From an uncultured bacterium (GTDB taxonomy: Bacteria; Babelota; Babeliae; Babelales; Babelaceae), in NCBI GenBank assembly GCA_963848965.1, contig CAWKFG010000004.1:64001-128000 (forward strand): a stretch of DNA of 64,000 bases. Direction: 5' to 3'. A program made the position numbers and the translations under genes. This document shows, one piece after another, positions 11,205 to 20,657 of this stretch (position 1 is the first letter of the stretch; each line of letters opens with the position of its first letter). The notes under the pieces are model-generated. The model saw only the letters and a list, made by a program, of their open reading frames with translations, had not been told where the DNA came from and did no database searches.

Positions 11205-11969
11205 TTAAAATGGATTTTCAGTTTTTATAAACGTGCACGGTATACCAAAAACTTTCTGAAGATGCTCTCCAAGAGCCATTGGACCTACAGTTTCTGTAGT
11301 GTAGTGTCCCAAACCTAAGAAAGATATACCTTCTTCATGTGCACTATCCCACACAGGTTCATCAAATCTACCAGTTATAAAACAGTCAGCTCCTGCATGA
11401 GCTGCAGCAACAATAGATTTCTCTGCACCTCCAGAAACAATTGCAACAGAAGAAATAGAATCTTTTACTTTTACAAACGCAGCAGGACGGCCATAGTATT
11501 TCTCTACTTTTCTTTTAAATTCATCAAAAGATACTGGCACAAGATGACCTATGACACCAATAGGTACTTTATAATACTCTGCAAACGGTTGTAAATTCTG
11601 AAGTCCAAGATCAAGAGCAGCCCTATAGTTGTTGCCCAGCTCTCGGTGAGCATCAAGAGGCAAATGATACCCTAATAACGCAATATCATGCTTTATCAAA
11701 ACTTGAATCTTTTTGTAAAGAGTACCAACTAATGGATAAGGATCTCCCTTTTTAAAAATTCCATGATGAACAATAAGTGCCTGCACTCCTAAACGTGCAG
11801 CTTCTTCTAGTGTTTCAAGACTTGCTGTCACTGCTGTAGCAAGAGAAGTAATAGGACCAGTATGTCCTACCTGAACACCGTTTGGAGCCATATCTTCCAT
11901 TTTCATCGGATCAAGAAGCGCGTTTAAATAAGAGCTTAGTTCACTGAGTGTAATAGTTTTTTCTTTCAT
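11205..11969 (-). CDS. Nif3-like dinuclear metal centre protein (YbgI family)
   Basis: NGVQV, IVHHG, YHLPLDAH...GNN, GHYTTE motifs. Confidence 0.93.
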   Translation of the reverse strand: MKEKTITLSELSSYLNALLDPMKMEDMAPNGVQVGHTGPITSLATAVTASLETLEEAARLGVQALIVHHGIFKKGDPYPLVGTLYKKIQVLIKHDIALLGYHLPLDAHRELGNNYRAALDLGLQNLQPFAEYYKVPIGVIGHLVPVSFDEFKRKVEKYYGRPAAFVKVKDSISSVAIVSGGAEKSIVAAAHAGADCFITGRFDEPVWDSAHEEGISFLGLGHYTTETVGPMALGEHLQKVFGIPCTFIKTENPF

Positions 11970-12182
11970 ACAACCTTTCTAAAGGAGTGTTGATGGTAAA
12001 GTACCTCAAAAAGATCTGCAAAAAGCATAGAGCAAAATACAGGTACTTACAACTTTACCTTTACAAGCAACTGTACTTTTCACATTTTAAAAATAGTTTT
12101 TCAACAAACAAATTATTGAAAATATGCTAGAAAATAAGCTATTCTATCTAAAAATAGACAAATATAAAACAGAGAGGCTAGT

Positions 12183-12773
12183 ATGAATCGTAACAACCTT
12201 GTAGATGAGCTCAGCATTATTTTAGTAAAAAATCATATTTTTTCTTTTACTGATGCACAAGCCTTACGAAAAGCATTTGCCAATCGCGATGATATAACCT
12301 ATGAAGACTTTCTTTTAGAGCAAGGCGTTGTAGAAAAAGATGATCTTCTTCAAGCATTGTCTGAATACTATAAAGTTCCTGCAATGGATGTTATAGGTGA
12401 ATTTTTTAATCATCAATTTTTACGACTTATTCCTAAAGATGTTATGATTCGTCATTCTATGATTCCTCTCTGGCGTGATGCCGATACTCTTACTGTAGTA
12501 GCAGCTGACCCAAGTGATCCTCATCTACCAGTAGTATTAGGCAAATATGTAACACACAATATTACGTTTATGGTAGGAATTGCACAAGACATTGACGAAA
12601 CAATTGAAGAATTCTATGATCAGTCTGATACTTATCAACCTAACGACATTGCAAATCGTCTTATGGAACGCAGTAGCTTTGATGAATATTCACCAGAACG
12701 ACTTGAAACTGAAAGAGGACAAATAATACCTCTTATGGTTGAAGAAACCGACGATGACTATGAAAGTAAATAG
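12183..12773 (+). CDS. Stand-alone GspE/PilB N-terminal (MshEN/T2SSE_N-like) domain protein
   Basis: LLEQGVVEKDDLLQALSEYYKVP and LIPKDVMIRHSMIPL...LTVVAADP; no ATPase domain. Confidence 0.7.
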   Translation: MNRNNLVDELSIILVKNHIFSFTDAQALRKAFANRDDITYEDFLLEQGVVEKDDLLQALSEYYKVPAMDVIGEFFNHQFLRLIPKDVMIRHSMIPLWRDADTLTVVAADPSDPHLPVVLGKYVTHNITFMVGIAQDIDETIEEFYDQSDTYQPNDIANRLMERSSFDEYSPERLETERGQIIPLMVEETDDDYESK

Positions 12774-12853
12774 TACGTATTAATAAGCCTACTGGCAATA
12801 AATTATAACAGACAGCCTTTTTCTCTTGTATCTTCACATACAATTATTATATT

Positions 12854-14008
12854 GTGAACAGAGAAAGGAGAAAACGCTGTATGAAGCACATATACCAGGT
12901 AATAGTTGTATTCTTACTCATTTGTACTCATGCTCTTAAAGCTTCTACTTTTAATAGAAGTTTTTTTTATCGAGCGTCTTCTTTTTGGGGCGAACCACGA
13001 TTTGAAAGAAATGGTTTAACTACTCTTGATATAGCACTTTCTGGAGGCTCTACCCATAAAGGACGTAATAAATGTGGCGACACGACAGATATTCTTTCTA
13101 TCTATAGTTCGGACGTTTCTTTTACGCCTTCACACAATCAGGTCTGCAAGCGTGGCACTTTTGACCTTTTTGAAGCAAATTTTAATCTTTATCAAAACCT
13201 GTGTTATGGCCTATTTTGGCATTTTCATCTACCAGTAGTGCTTGCTCGATTATCTCCTTGTAGCAATAAAGCTCACACAAAAATCTCTAAAAAACCGTTA
13301 CCGTTATGGCGACAGACTGCAGAACATTTTGAGTCCTTTTTAGAAAAATGTACTTTCTGCGTACGCTCTTTTAAAAAAGCAGCTCTTTCAGATGCTTCTC
13401 TTCTTTTAGGCTGGACACATTCATTTGATGGTCCCTGTTACTCAGATTTTATTGATGTAACCTTACAAGCTGGCATCTTATTTCCAACAGGCAAAAAGAA
13501 AAATAATGCTCTCTTATTTGACATTCCTTATGGTTATAATGGCCATTGGGGTTTCTCTTTTATTAGCGACATAGCTCTAGGAGCATGTGATTGGCTTACC
13601 GTAGGGCTTCATAGTGATGCTATAGCTTTTGGCAGTAGAACAAACTGTATAGACGCAAACAAAGAATTTCGAATTTCTGCAGGACCTGTATGGCGATTAG
13701 GAGCATATATGAAAGCAGACCATTTTTGTAGCCCTCTCTCCTTAGTAGTTGCTTTTGCTTATGAGCAGAAAAATAGTGACAGAGTGCACCTGAAAAATAA
13801 TACTGTTCCGGACGCACTTGTAGCTGGTACACAAAAGTGGTCACGATGGTTGTTACATATTTTATTTGAGTATGATTTTACGATAGAAGAAAGCATTATT
13901 GGCCCTCGTATAGGTTTTTTTTATAATAGAGAGCTTGCAGGTAAGCGTGTATTTTCTACTCATACTGGCGGCGGCTTTCTAGGTCTTGATGTTACCTGGT
14001 GCTTTTAA
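12854..14008 (+). CDS. Secreted, possibly outer-membrane hypothetical protein (start may be MKHIYQ at 12881)
   Basis: Signal peptide, alternating beta-strand patterns, C-terminal aromatic residue (LDVTWCF). Confidence 0.55.
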   Translation: MNRERRKRCMKHIYQVIVVFLLICTHALKASTFNRSFFYRASSFWGEPRFERNGLTTLDIALSGGSTHKGRNKCGDTTDILSIYSSDVSFTPSHNQVCKRGTFDLFEANFNLYQNLCYGLFWHFHLPVVLARLSPCSNKAHTKISKKPLPLWRQTAEHFESFLEKCTFCVRSFKKAALSDASLLLGWTHSFDGPCYSDFIDVTLQAGILFPTGKKKNNALLFDIPYGYNGHWGFSFISDIALGACDWLTVGLHSDAIAFGSRTNCIDANKEFRISAGPVWRLGAYMKADHFCSPLSLVVAFAYEQKNSDRVHLKNNTVPDALVAGTQKWSRWLLHILFEYDFTIEESIIGPRIGFFYNRELAGKRVFSTHTGGGFLGLDVTWCF

Positions 14009-14446
14009 AGTATAGATAAGCCTATTAAGCAAAATAACTGTTTTAGAGTATACAAGACTATTCTCTTTACAAAAGATTGCACAGAATTCCTCTTTGATTA
14101 TCTCTAAGAGCTCAATAAGCCCCGCTTTATCTTCTTGCTTTTGTGTTTGAATAATACTACGTAAACTTCTATATTCTCTCCACAACTCTTCTACCATTTT
14201 GACAAGCTCTGTACAAATTTCCTTTCTTTGCTCATCTGTTGTATGAATAGCTCGTACTAAATCAAGATTTGTCCATACATCCATGCAACGCTTTAAAAAG
14301 CTTTCATATGAAGGCGCTTTACGAGCAAAAAAACCCCAAAATCTATACACACATTCATAATCTTTTTCACAGAAAGTAGAAAGCGCTATTGAAAGCATTC
14401 CACAGAGCCATACTACCGAACTTTTTTTTATCATAATCACTTTCAT
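13979..14446 (-). CDS. Hypothetical helical protein with signal peptide
   Basis: 155-aa ORF with hydrophobic N-terminus. Confidence 0.55.
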   Translation of the reverse strand: MKVIMIKKSSVVWLCGMLSIALSTFCEKDYECVYRFWGFFARKAPSYESFLKRCMDVWTNLDLVRAIHTTDEQRKEICTELVKMVEELWREYRSLRSIIQTQKQEDKAGLIELLEIIKEEFCAIFCKENSLVYSKTVILLNRLIYTLKAPGNIKT

Positions 14447-14686
14447 TATAAGCGCATTTTTAAGAGAGCATTGCTATTATAATATTTGCAAATTGAATTA
14501 GCAAAAGTCAATAATTTGAATTATTAATTTAAGAATGAATTATAAAAATAAAAAACTATGTACATCTCTCTGTTCCTCTACCGACCAGAGCTTAGTAACA
14601 AAAATAGCGCCTTATTGACTAACATAAAATTATATATTACAATATGTTTAAATTTAATATAACAAATTTAAATTAAGGCTTTCAAT

Positions 14687-15673
14687 ATGAATAAATCATT
14701 GTTGGTAAGTATCTTCTCAATCATACTTATAATCAATGCCTATGGCATGGAACAGAACTCTTCTTCTTATACAAGCGATGAATCAACTGAATTTTTAGAT
14801 GCAGCAAAAGACGGATCTCTAGAAAGAATTAAAGCTCTTTTAGAAGTAGGCGCTGATATTAATGCGCAAGATCAATGGGGCCGTACAGCATTATACTATG
14901 CTACAAAATATGGACATAAAGAAGTAGTAAAGATATTGCTTAATCGTAACGCTGATAGCAATATACAAGATCAAAGTGGCGTTTCTTGCTTAATGTGTGC
15001 AGCAGAGCGTAATTGCAAAGAGTTAGCAGCTTTACTAATAGCACGTGGAGCTCACATTAATGCTCACGATAAGTATCGTAACAGCGTCTTAAGCTATGCA
15101 ACAAAAAATAATCATTCTGGTATGGCTCAATTTCTAAATCTTTGCAACACTGAGCACGTACAAGCATATCTTAAAGATCCTCAAGCATACGCTGATGTTA
15201 ATCAGTCTGAGAGCACTTTCACAACAAAGCTTATGCTTGCATGCATCTTTGGGCATAGTGAGATTATAGCTTCATATAGAGACTGTACTTCAGAATATCT
15301 TAATAGCAAAGATTCTAACGGATACACCGCATTTGAATATGCTCTCCTTTATAATCTTGATAGCGCAGCTGCACTTCTTACTATTTTTGATACAAAAATT
15401 GAATGGTTTGACGCATCAGACACAAAAGTACAAGATTTAAACTTAAAAGACGATGCCTTGAGCAATGCATTTATATCAATAGCAGCTTACTTAACTGGCG
15501 TAAAACTAGACAAAAGAAAAGCGTTATTCAACTACGCAGTAGAGAATAATCATCAACCTCTCGTGCAAGCACTTTTAAATACTGGCCATCTTAAGCATTT
15601 ACCACACGATCTTTTTCGAGAGCTTTTATTTTTTACAACTTCTTGTAAGAGTAATAACAGGACCTATTTTTAA
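14687..15673 (+). CDS. Secreted ankyrin-repeat protein
   Basis: GRTALYYA, GVSCLMCAA, GYTAFEYA repeats; signal peptide; C-terminal LKHLPHDLFRELL. Confidence 0.9.
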   Translation: MNKSLLVSIFSIILIINAYGMEQNSSSYTSDESTEFLDAAKDGSLERIKALLEVGADINAQDQWGRTALYYATKYGHKEVVKILLNRNADSNIQDQSGVSCLMCAAERNCKELAALLIARGAHINAHDKYRNSVLSYATKNNHSGMAQFLNLCNTEHVQAYLKDPQAYADVNQSESTFTTKLMLACIFGHSEIIASYRDCTSEYLNSKDSNGYTAFEYALLYNLDSAAALLTIFDTKIEWFDASDTKVQDLNLKDDALSNAFISIAAYLTGVKLDKRKALFNYAVENNHQPLVQALLNTGHLKHLPHDLFRELLFFTTSCKSNNRTYF

Positions 15674-15766
15674 GCATAAGACTACTATCTCCATAAAGCA
15701 AAGATAAAACTTTTGCTTTGTGGAGATATCACTCACATAAGAGCTATAAGTGAGATTCTTGACTCA

Positions 15767-16567
15767 TTACCAATAAAGATTTTTTTCGTAACCAAGATCA
15801 ATAAGTAGTTTACCTGCAACTCTTTTAAAGGCTATCTTATGCACTTGCTTAAAATGTTGCTTCCAAGAGCCAATTTTACCCTCTCTAAAAGTCACATTAG
15901 GTGCACCAAAGATAACGAAAGCTATTTCCTGAGCTCGTGTTCGTGTTATAGGATATCCTAAATGAGAGGCTATATTCATAATCTCTCTAATTTGGTCATG
16001 AGTACTCCCTCCTCCCTTAGATCCTACAAGTGATTCAAAACGCGTTGTATATATCATAGGTTGGTAACGCCATGGCATATAAAAATTACGGTACACAGAA
16101 TCAATATTTTTTGGCCGAGTACTATATTGCTCATATTCATGAAATAATGAATAGTTATCGATCAGGAAAAGTATCATTTCATCAAAGCTATACTTTTGGT
16201 AAGCTTTCCATTTTTCTTTATGTGCTAATTTGTACACCCAATAAGCCATAGATATGATATTATCTCGAGGATCACGTAAAATTAAGACTCCTCTAAAGTT
16301 ATGTGCCTTCAATTGTTCAACATGTTTGAAAGTATATGTTGCATGACAAAAAAGGAATCTATCAGAAGGAAATTCCTCAAGGTTAAGATGGTCTATGCGA
16401 GTCCACGGTTCTCCGCAGGGCTTATGCCTTTTACCAGTTATATGCTGTATACATTCGATAAGTAAATGTGTACCTGACTTAGGAACTGATGTAACAAAAG
16501 TATTATCGTACTTAGCTTGAAGCATTGAAAACCCTATAAGTACCATGATTACTACTGAATGCTTCAT
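15767..16567 (-). CDS. PAPS-dependent sulfotransferase (secreted)
   Basis: 5'-PSB PKSGTH, 3'-PB LRDPRDNIIS, C-terminal FREGKIGSWK. Confidence 0.9.
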   Translation of the reverse strand: MKHSVVIMVLIGFSMLQAKYDNTFVTSVPKSGTHLLIECIQHITGKRHKPCGEPWTRIDHLNLEEFPSDRFLFCHATYTFKHVEQLKAHNFRGVLILRDPRDNIISMAYWVYKLAHKEKWKAYQKYSFDEMILFLIDNYSLFHEYEQYSTRPKNIDSVYRNFYMPWRYQPMIYTTRFESLVGSKGGGSTHDQIREIMNIASHLGYPITRTRAQEIAFVIFGAPNVTFREGKIGSWKQHFKQVHKIAFKRVAGKLLIDLGYEKNLYW

Positions 16568-17475
16568 ACATTCCCTCCTTTGCTCTTTTTAGCTTTTTTA
16601 GTCCAAGAAACATCCCAATAATGTACAGCAAATGATTCAGCCTTAATCCATTGTTTTACTTGCTTATAACTCTTTATATCTTTCTGAAAGTGTGCTATAG
16701 GATAAAAGAATGTATTAGGAAATAACACGCAGCGCTTGCTTTGTCCTTGTCTTTTTAGATAGTGCATAATCATATTAGTAAAATGGATAGGACCTGTATA
16801 AGTTACAGTAGCATTCATACTAACTTCATTCTTAGGCTTCCTTTTCATATTTTCTATGCAATACTTTAAAATAGGATGGCCTGCGGCTGCACCAATAAGA
16901 GCATTATTCACACGAAGTTCCCGTCTAAAGACAATACCCGCATAAAAATCAAGACCATGGTGAAGCAGATCAAACGGACGTATACACTCAAAGTCAGTAT
17001 CGGCATAGAGCCCTCCAAATCTGTAAAGAATCTCATAGCGCGCAATATCGGCCTTTTCCCCATAGTTTGATGCTGCATTATAAAGCTCCTTATTGCGTAA
17101 CCCAAAAGCTTCAACATCTTTATCGGTCCAAAGTATATATTTCCAATCTGGATGCAATCGACGCCATGATGCCTGCAATTGCTTGTATCGGTCAGGTAAG
17201 GGAGAGCCGAGCCATATTTGATGAATTATTTTAGGGATTGTCGGCTTATGCGAATAGGCAAAATTGCGTAAAAAGTTTGTGTCATAAGTTTCTTTGGCAA
17301 GTCTCCAATGAATATTATTCAGTAAAAAGGGTGTATAAATCTTAAACCGAGATGAAGGCACCATGCTTTGATTAAAATCTATTCTAAGATGATGAGGCAA
17401 CATATATGCTTTACTCATTATAGCTATATTGAGCACTAGACCAAGTAGAGCATATGTATAGTAAGTACGGATCAT
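16564..17475 (-). CDS. Glycosyltransferase family 32 (DXD, OCH1-like)
   Basis: IPKIIHQIW, KADIARYEILYRFGGLYADTD, TGP, AVHYW. Confidence 0.92.
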   Translation of the reverse strand: MIRTYYTYALLGLVLNIAIMSKAYMLPHHLRIDFNQSMVPSSRFKIYTPFLLNNIHWRLAKETYDTNFLRNFAYSHKPTIPKIIHQIWLGSPLPDRYKQLQASWRRLHPDWKYILWTDKDVEAFGLRNKELYNAASNYGEKADIARYEILYRFGGLYADTDFECIRPFDLLHHGLDFYAGIVFRRELRVNNALIGAAAGHPILKYCIENMKRKPKNEVSMNATVTYTGPIHFTNMIMHYLKRQGQSKRCVLFPNTFFYPIAHFQKDIKSYKQVKQWIKAESFAVHYWDVSWTKKAKKSKGGNV

Positions 17476-17494
17476 TGTATTCCTTATATGTATA

Positions 17495-18322
17495 TTACCA
17501 GTGTAAATTTGCTTCGTAGCCTAAACGTACAAGTAATTCTCCGGCTACAGCTTTAAAGGCTCTTTTATGCATTGGTTTAAAATGGCTTTTCCAGGAACCT
17601 ATTTGTCCTTCTCTAAAGGTCTTACTATTTGTATCGAACACCTTATGAGCAACTTCTTGCGCTTTTTGGTCATCAAAAGGCACAGATAAGTGACGTGCTA
17701 TATTTCTAATCTCTCTGAGTTGCTTTTGAGCATCTCCCCCTCCTTGAGGACCAATTAAATCTTCAAATTTAGTAGTATACATAAATGGGCACTTTTGCCA
17801 TGGCAGGTAAAGCTTCGTGTATACATCATAGAGATTTTTAATATGCAGAGAATTTACATAGTTCGGATAGCTATCAAATTGAGCATGCTCATTAATAAGC
17901 TTCATAAGTAATTCGTCTATAGAAAGCTTGCTAGTAGGATGATTTTTTGAATACCAGTAAGCTCGTGAGACGATAACATCTCTTGGGTCTCTAATAATAA
18001 ATATTCCTTTAAAGTTGTTTCTTTTTAATGCTCCAACATTTTGAGCACTATAAATAGCATGAGTACCTAAAAAGCGATTATCTGGAAGATTCTTTAAGGC
18101 TTTGGGTTTTAGAACGGTAAGGGGTTGGCCTACAAACTTAAGAGATTTTTGCGTGATAAGTTCTACACATGTACTTAAAACATGAGTTCCTGATTTGGGT
18201 AAAGCCGTAATAAATGCCTTGTGTTGATCAGCGGCTTGTGTAAGAAATGTCAGTGAGCTGGCTAACAGCACCCCCTTAATAGATCTCAATACCTGTAGTA
18301 ATATCATACGTATAGTCCTCAT
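17495..18322 (-). CDS. PAPS-dependent sulfotransferase (paralog of 15767..16567)
   Basis: PKSGTH, IRDPRDVIVS, FREGQIGSWK. Confidence 0.9.
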   Translation of the reverse strand: MRTIRMILLQVLRSIKGVLLASSLTFLTQAADQHKAFITALPKSGTHVLSTCVELITQKSLKFVGQPLTVLKPKALKNLPDNRFLGTHAIYSAQNVGALKRNNFKGIFIIRDPRDVIVSRAYWYSKNHPTSKLSIDELLMKLINEHAQFDSYPNYVNSLHIKNLYDVYTKLYLPWQKCPFMYTTKFEDLIGPQGGGDAQKQLREIRNIARHLSVPFDDQKAQEVAHKVFDTNSKTFREGQIGSWKSHFKPMHKRAFKAVAGELLVRLGYEANLHW

Positions 18323-18421
18323 ACCTAGAAATTAGACTTGTTTGTGTTATTCTAGGTAAAAGTAAAAAGCACAGTCAATAGCTTTTATATCTTTTTGTAA
18401 AGAAGCTTAGCTATTAACTGC

Positions 18422-18597
18422 TCAATTTCTATGTGATATCCCACTTTTCAGAAAGCATTTTAAGGAATTTTTTCCCTTGATAGCAATACCATCAGCAACT
18501 ATTGTTTCAAAATGCTTAGCTTTCAACTCTTGGATGTATTTTTTTTGTATAATCTGATCGAGAGTACATTGTGCAGCAACTTCTAAAGTTTCTCCCA
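18422..18597 (-). pseudogene. C-terminal remnant of an AAA-associated PD-(D/E)XK nuclease protein
   Basis: LEVAAQCTLDQIIQKKYIQEL...GIAIKGK resembles the AL-QI--KKY--EL...GIAF-GK tail of that family; abuts the TnpB remnant. Confidence 0.55.
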
Positions 18598-18904
18598 ATA
18601 ACGGATGGGGCAAATTTGTTTTTATGCTTGGCTATAAATTGGCAGAGAGAGGCAAACAGCTTATAAAGATAGACAAATGGTTTCCTTCATCAAAGATGTG
18701 TTCTTCATGCAGTAGTATAAAAGAACGTCTAGAACTATCAGAAAGATGGTATGATTGTCAGCATTGTGGGTACTCTCAAGAGAGAGATATCAATGCTGCT
18801 AGAAATATTAGAACCGTGGGGATCACGGGGATAGCTTGATAAATATCCTGAGGCTGCTCAGGAGTTCCCAAGAAGCCCCCACCTCTTAGGTGGAGGTAGT
18901 TCAC
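18598..18904 (+). mobile_element. tnpB: IS200/IS605-family remnant: TnpB C-terminus plus right end
   Basis: GWGKFVFMLGYK, PSSKMCSSC...CQHCG...RDINAARNI zinc finger/RuvC-III; right end GAAGCCCCCACCTCTTAGGTGGAGGTAGTTCAC. Confidence 0.9.
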
Positions 18905-18977
18905 CTTCATATGTATCGCTTAGTATAACAAGAAGGCAAATAAAGAAAGCAACAGAGTATTTATCACTTATAGTACC

Positions 18978-19082
18978 TTATCTATTAAACCAAGCTCCGG
19001 GCCTATTAGTCTCATAATATGCTACCCAAGGGCCACCTAGGGTCAACTTACTAGCATTGCCAAGCATACGGATAGTTTTCAT
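18978..19082 (-). CDS. Lasso peptide precursor A1 (34 aa)
   Basis: Hand translation MKTIRMLGNASKLTL|GGPWVAYYETNRPGAWFNR; AAGGAG RBS; Thr-2, Gly1, Glu9. Confidence 0.9.
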   Translation of the reverse strand: MKTIRMLGNASKLTLGGPWVAYYETNRPGAWFNR

Positions 19083-19115
19083 CGTGTATCTCCTTTTAAG
19101 GTATGTTAAATTTTC

Positions 19116-19144
19116 CTTGAGGAATACCACATGCATTCCTCAAG
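19116..19144. other. Stem-loop between precursors A2 and A1
   Basis: CTTGAGGAAT-9 nt-ATTCCTCAAG, perfect 10-bp stem with no clear U-tract. Confidence 0.6.
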
Positions 19145-19304
19145 AATTAATAAACCTATTTTTCACGGGAAAGGATAAGCCATCCCAATCTTACTTCACC
19201 AGCAACCTTCGCCTACATCAAGGGGCTGTCTTCCTTCGTCTATCGGCAGCAGGCGAGCATTGCACCTGACATAACCATCTTTAGAAATCTAGTTAGTTTA
19301 CCTT

Positions 19305-19436
19305 CTAATGCCCACACCAATGAGGCCTTAGTCCAAGCTCATTTCTGTTACCATTGCAATACCCTAGAGTAAGTAATGATGCTTTCCCAATCTCAACGGC
19401 TCTACTTTCTTTTTTGTTTAGTTTTATCTTATGCAT
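19305..19436 (-). CDS. Lasso peptide precursor A2 (43 aa, two Cys in core)
   Basis: MHKIKLNKKESRAVEIGKASLLTL|GYCNGNRNELGLRPHWCGH; AAGGA RBS; Thr-2, Gly1, Glu9. Confidence 0.9.
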   Translation of the reverse strand: MHKIKLNKKESRAVEIGKASLLTLGYCNGNRNELGLRPHWCGH

Positions 19437-19454
19437 TGCAGTTCCTTTCATTAA

Positions 19455-20383
19455 GAGCCTATCTCTAAAATGGAAAAAAGGTTGAAAATATAATAAAATC
19501 TCCTTCTAAAGAATCGCGATCAACGATCAAGAAGGAGATTTACACATGTGTCATACAAAAAATTGTTATGAAGTATGCATAAACAAGAAGTTTCTTATAA
19601 CTCCAAATTTATGGAAAGATATAGAAAAAATAATACCAAAAATAAGCGAAAAATCAAAGCGGGGAAGACCCTCAATGGATATGAAAAGAGCAATAAATGG
19701 TATCTATTATCTGTTAAGGACAGGTATACAATGGAATGCATTGCCTAGATGCTTTGGATCGTACTCTGCTGTCCATAAACTGTTTCAAAAATTAAGGTCT
19801 GTCGAGTTCTTTAAATATTTATGGTATGCTGAACTTGACCAATATGATAAAATTCACGGACTTAGTCTAGAAACTCAAGCTGCTGATTGTGTTTATATTA
19901 AAGCGCCCTTGGGTTCAGAGAAAACAGGCAAGAGCCCAGTAGATAGGAGAAAATTAGGAACAAAACGAAGCATATTAACTGATAAAAACGGTATAGTTAT
20001 CGGTTGTGCGTTAGGTAGCGCTAATCAGCACGATTCTCAGCTATTTTTGGATACCTTATTATCCATTCCTAAGCATATATCCATGCCTTATAGCAAAATT
20101 ATAAGTTTAGATGCAGCTTATGATTCAGCGCAAATAAGAGCCTACTTGCTGCATTACAGCTATGTACCTAAAATAATGAAAAATAAAAGAAAAGCTAAAA
20201 ATAAAGTTTATGGTGTACCAGAAGGTTATCAACGCTGGTTCATTGAACCTACGCATTCATGGCTCAATCGGTTTAGGCGCTTGTTTGTTCGTTATGAAAA
20301 ATACGCTTTAAACTATATGGCTATGGTTTATTTTGCCGTAGCTATCATTATTTTTAACAAATTATGAATTTACGGATAGGCTC
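19455..20383 (+). mobile_element. IS5-family element (IS1031-like), 929 bp
   Basis: Imperfect TIRs GAGCCTATCTCTAAA / TTTACGGATAGGCTC; 3-bp TAA duplication at 19452-19454 and 20384-20386. Confidence 0.9.
19546..20367 (+). CDS. IS5-family DDE transposase
   Basis: RGRP...GIYYLLRTGIQWNALP, AADC, GTKRSILTD, LDAAYDS, RWFIEPTHSWLNRFRRLFVRYEK. Confidence 0.95.
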   Translation: MCHTKNCYEVCINKKFLITPNLWKDIEKIIPKISEKSKRGRPSMDMKRAINGIYYLLRTGIQWNALPRCFGSYSAVHKLFQKLRSVEFFKYLWYAELDQYDKIHGLSLETQAADCVYIKAPLGSEKTGKSPVDRRKLGTKRSILTDKNGIVIGCALGSANQHDSQLFLDTLLSIPKHISMPYSKIISLDAAYDSAQIRAYLLHYSYVPKIMKNKRKAKNKVYGVPEGYQRWFIEPTHSWLNRFRRLFVRYEKYALNYMAMVYFAVAIIIFNKL

Positions 20384-20495
20384 TAAAGTATAATTAAACT
20401 TTATCATAAGAGTTTCTCTAATTAGCATTAAAGAATACATCAAACAATAGACTAAGTATTTTTAAAAGTAGTGGTTAAAGCTTTTGTAAGTAATC

Positions 20496-20657
20496 TCACA
20501 TCCATTTATTTACTTTTACCGGTAGCTCTAAACCATTAAAGCCTCTACCCATAGTAAGATTTACCGCTGAACCAATCTGCATAACAGAAGTTTGTAGGAA
20601 AAAAATCTTCTTATTATTAGCCTTATCTTTAATTACAGTACTATTTGTATAATGCAT
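20496..20657 (-). CDS. Lasso peptide precursor A3 (53 aa)
   Basis: MHYTNSTVIKDKANNKKIFFLQTSVMQIGSAVNLTM|GRGFNGLELPVKVNKWM; AAGGA RBS; Thr-2, Gly1, Glu8. Confidence 0.88.
   Translation of the reverse strand: MHYTNSTVIKDKANNKKIFFLQTSVMQIGSAVNLTMGRGFNGLELPVKVNKWM

Noticed and set aside
19057..19269. Track ORF, + strand, 70 aa
   Set aside because: TTG start, no motif, overlaps A1 on the opposite strand
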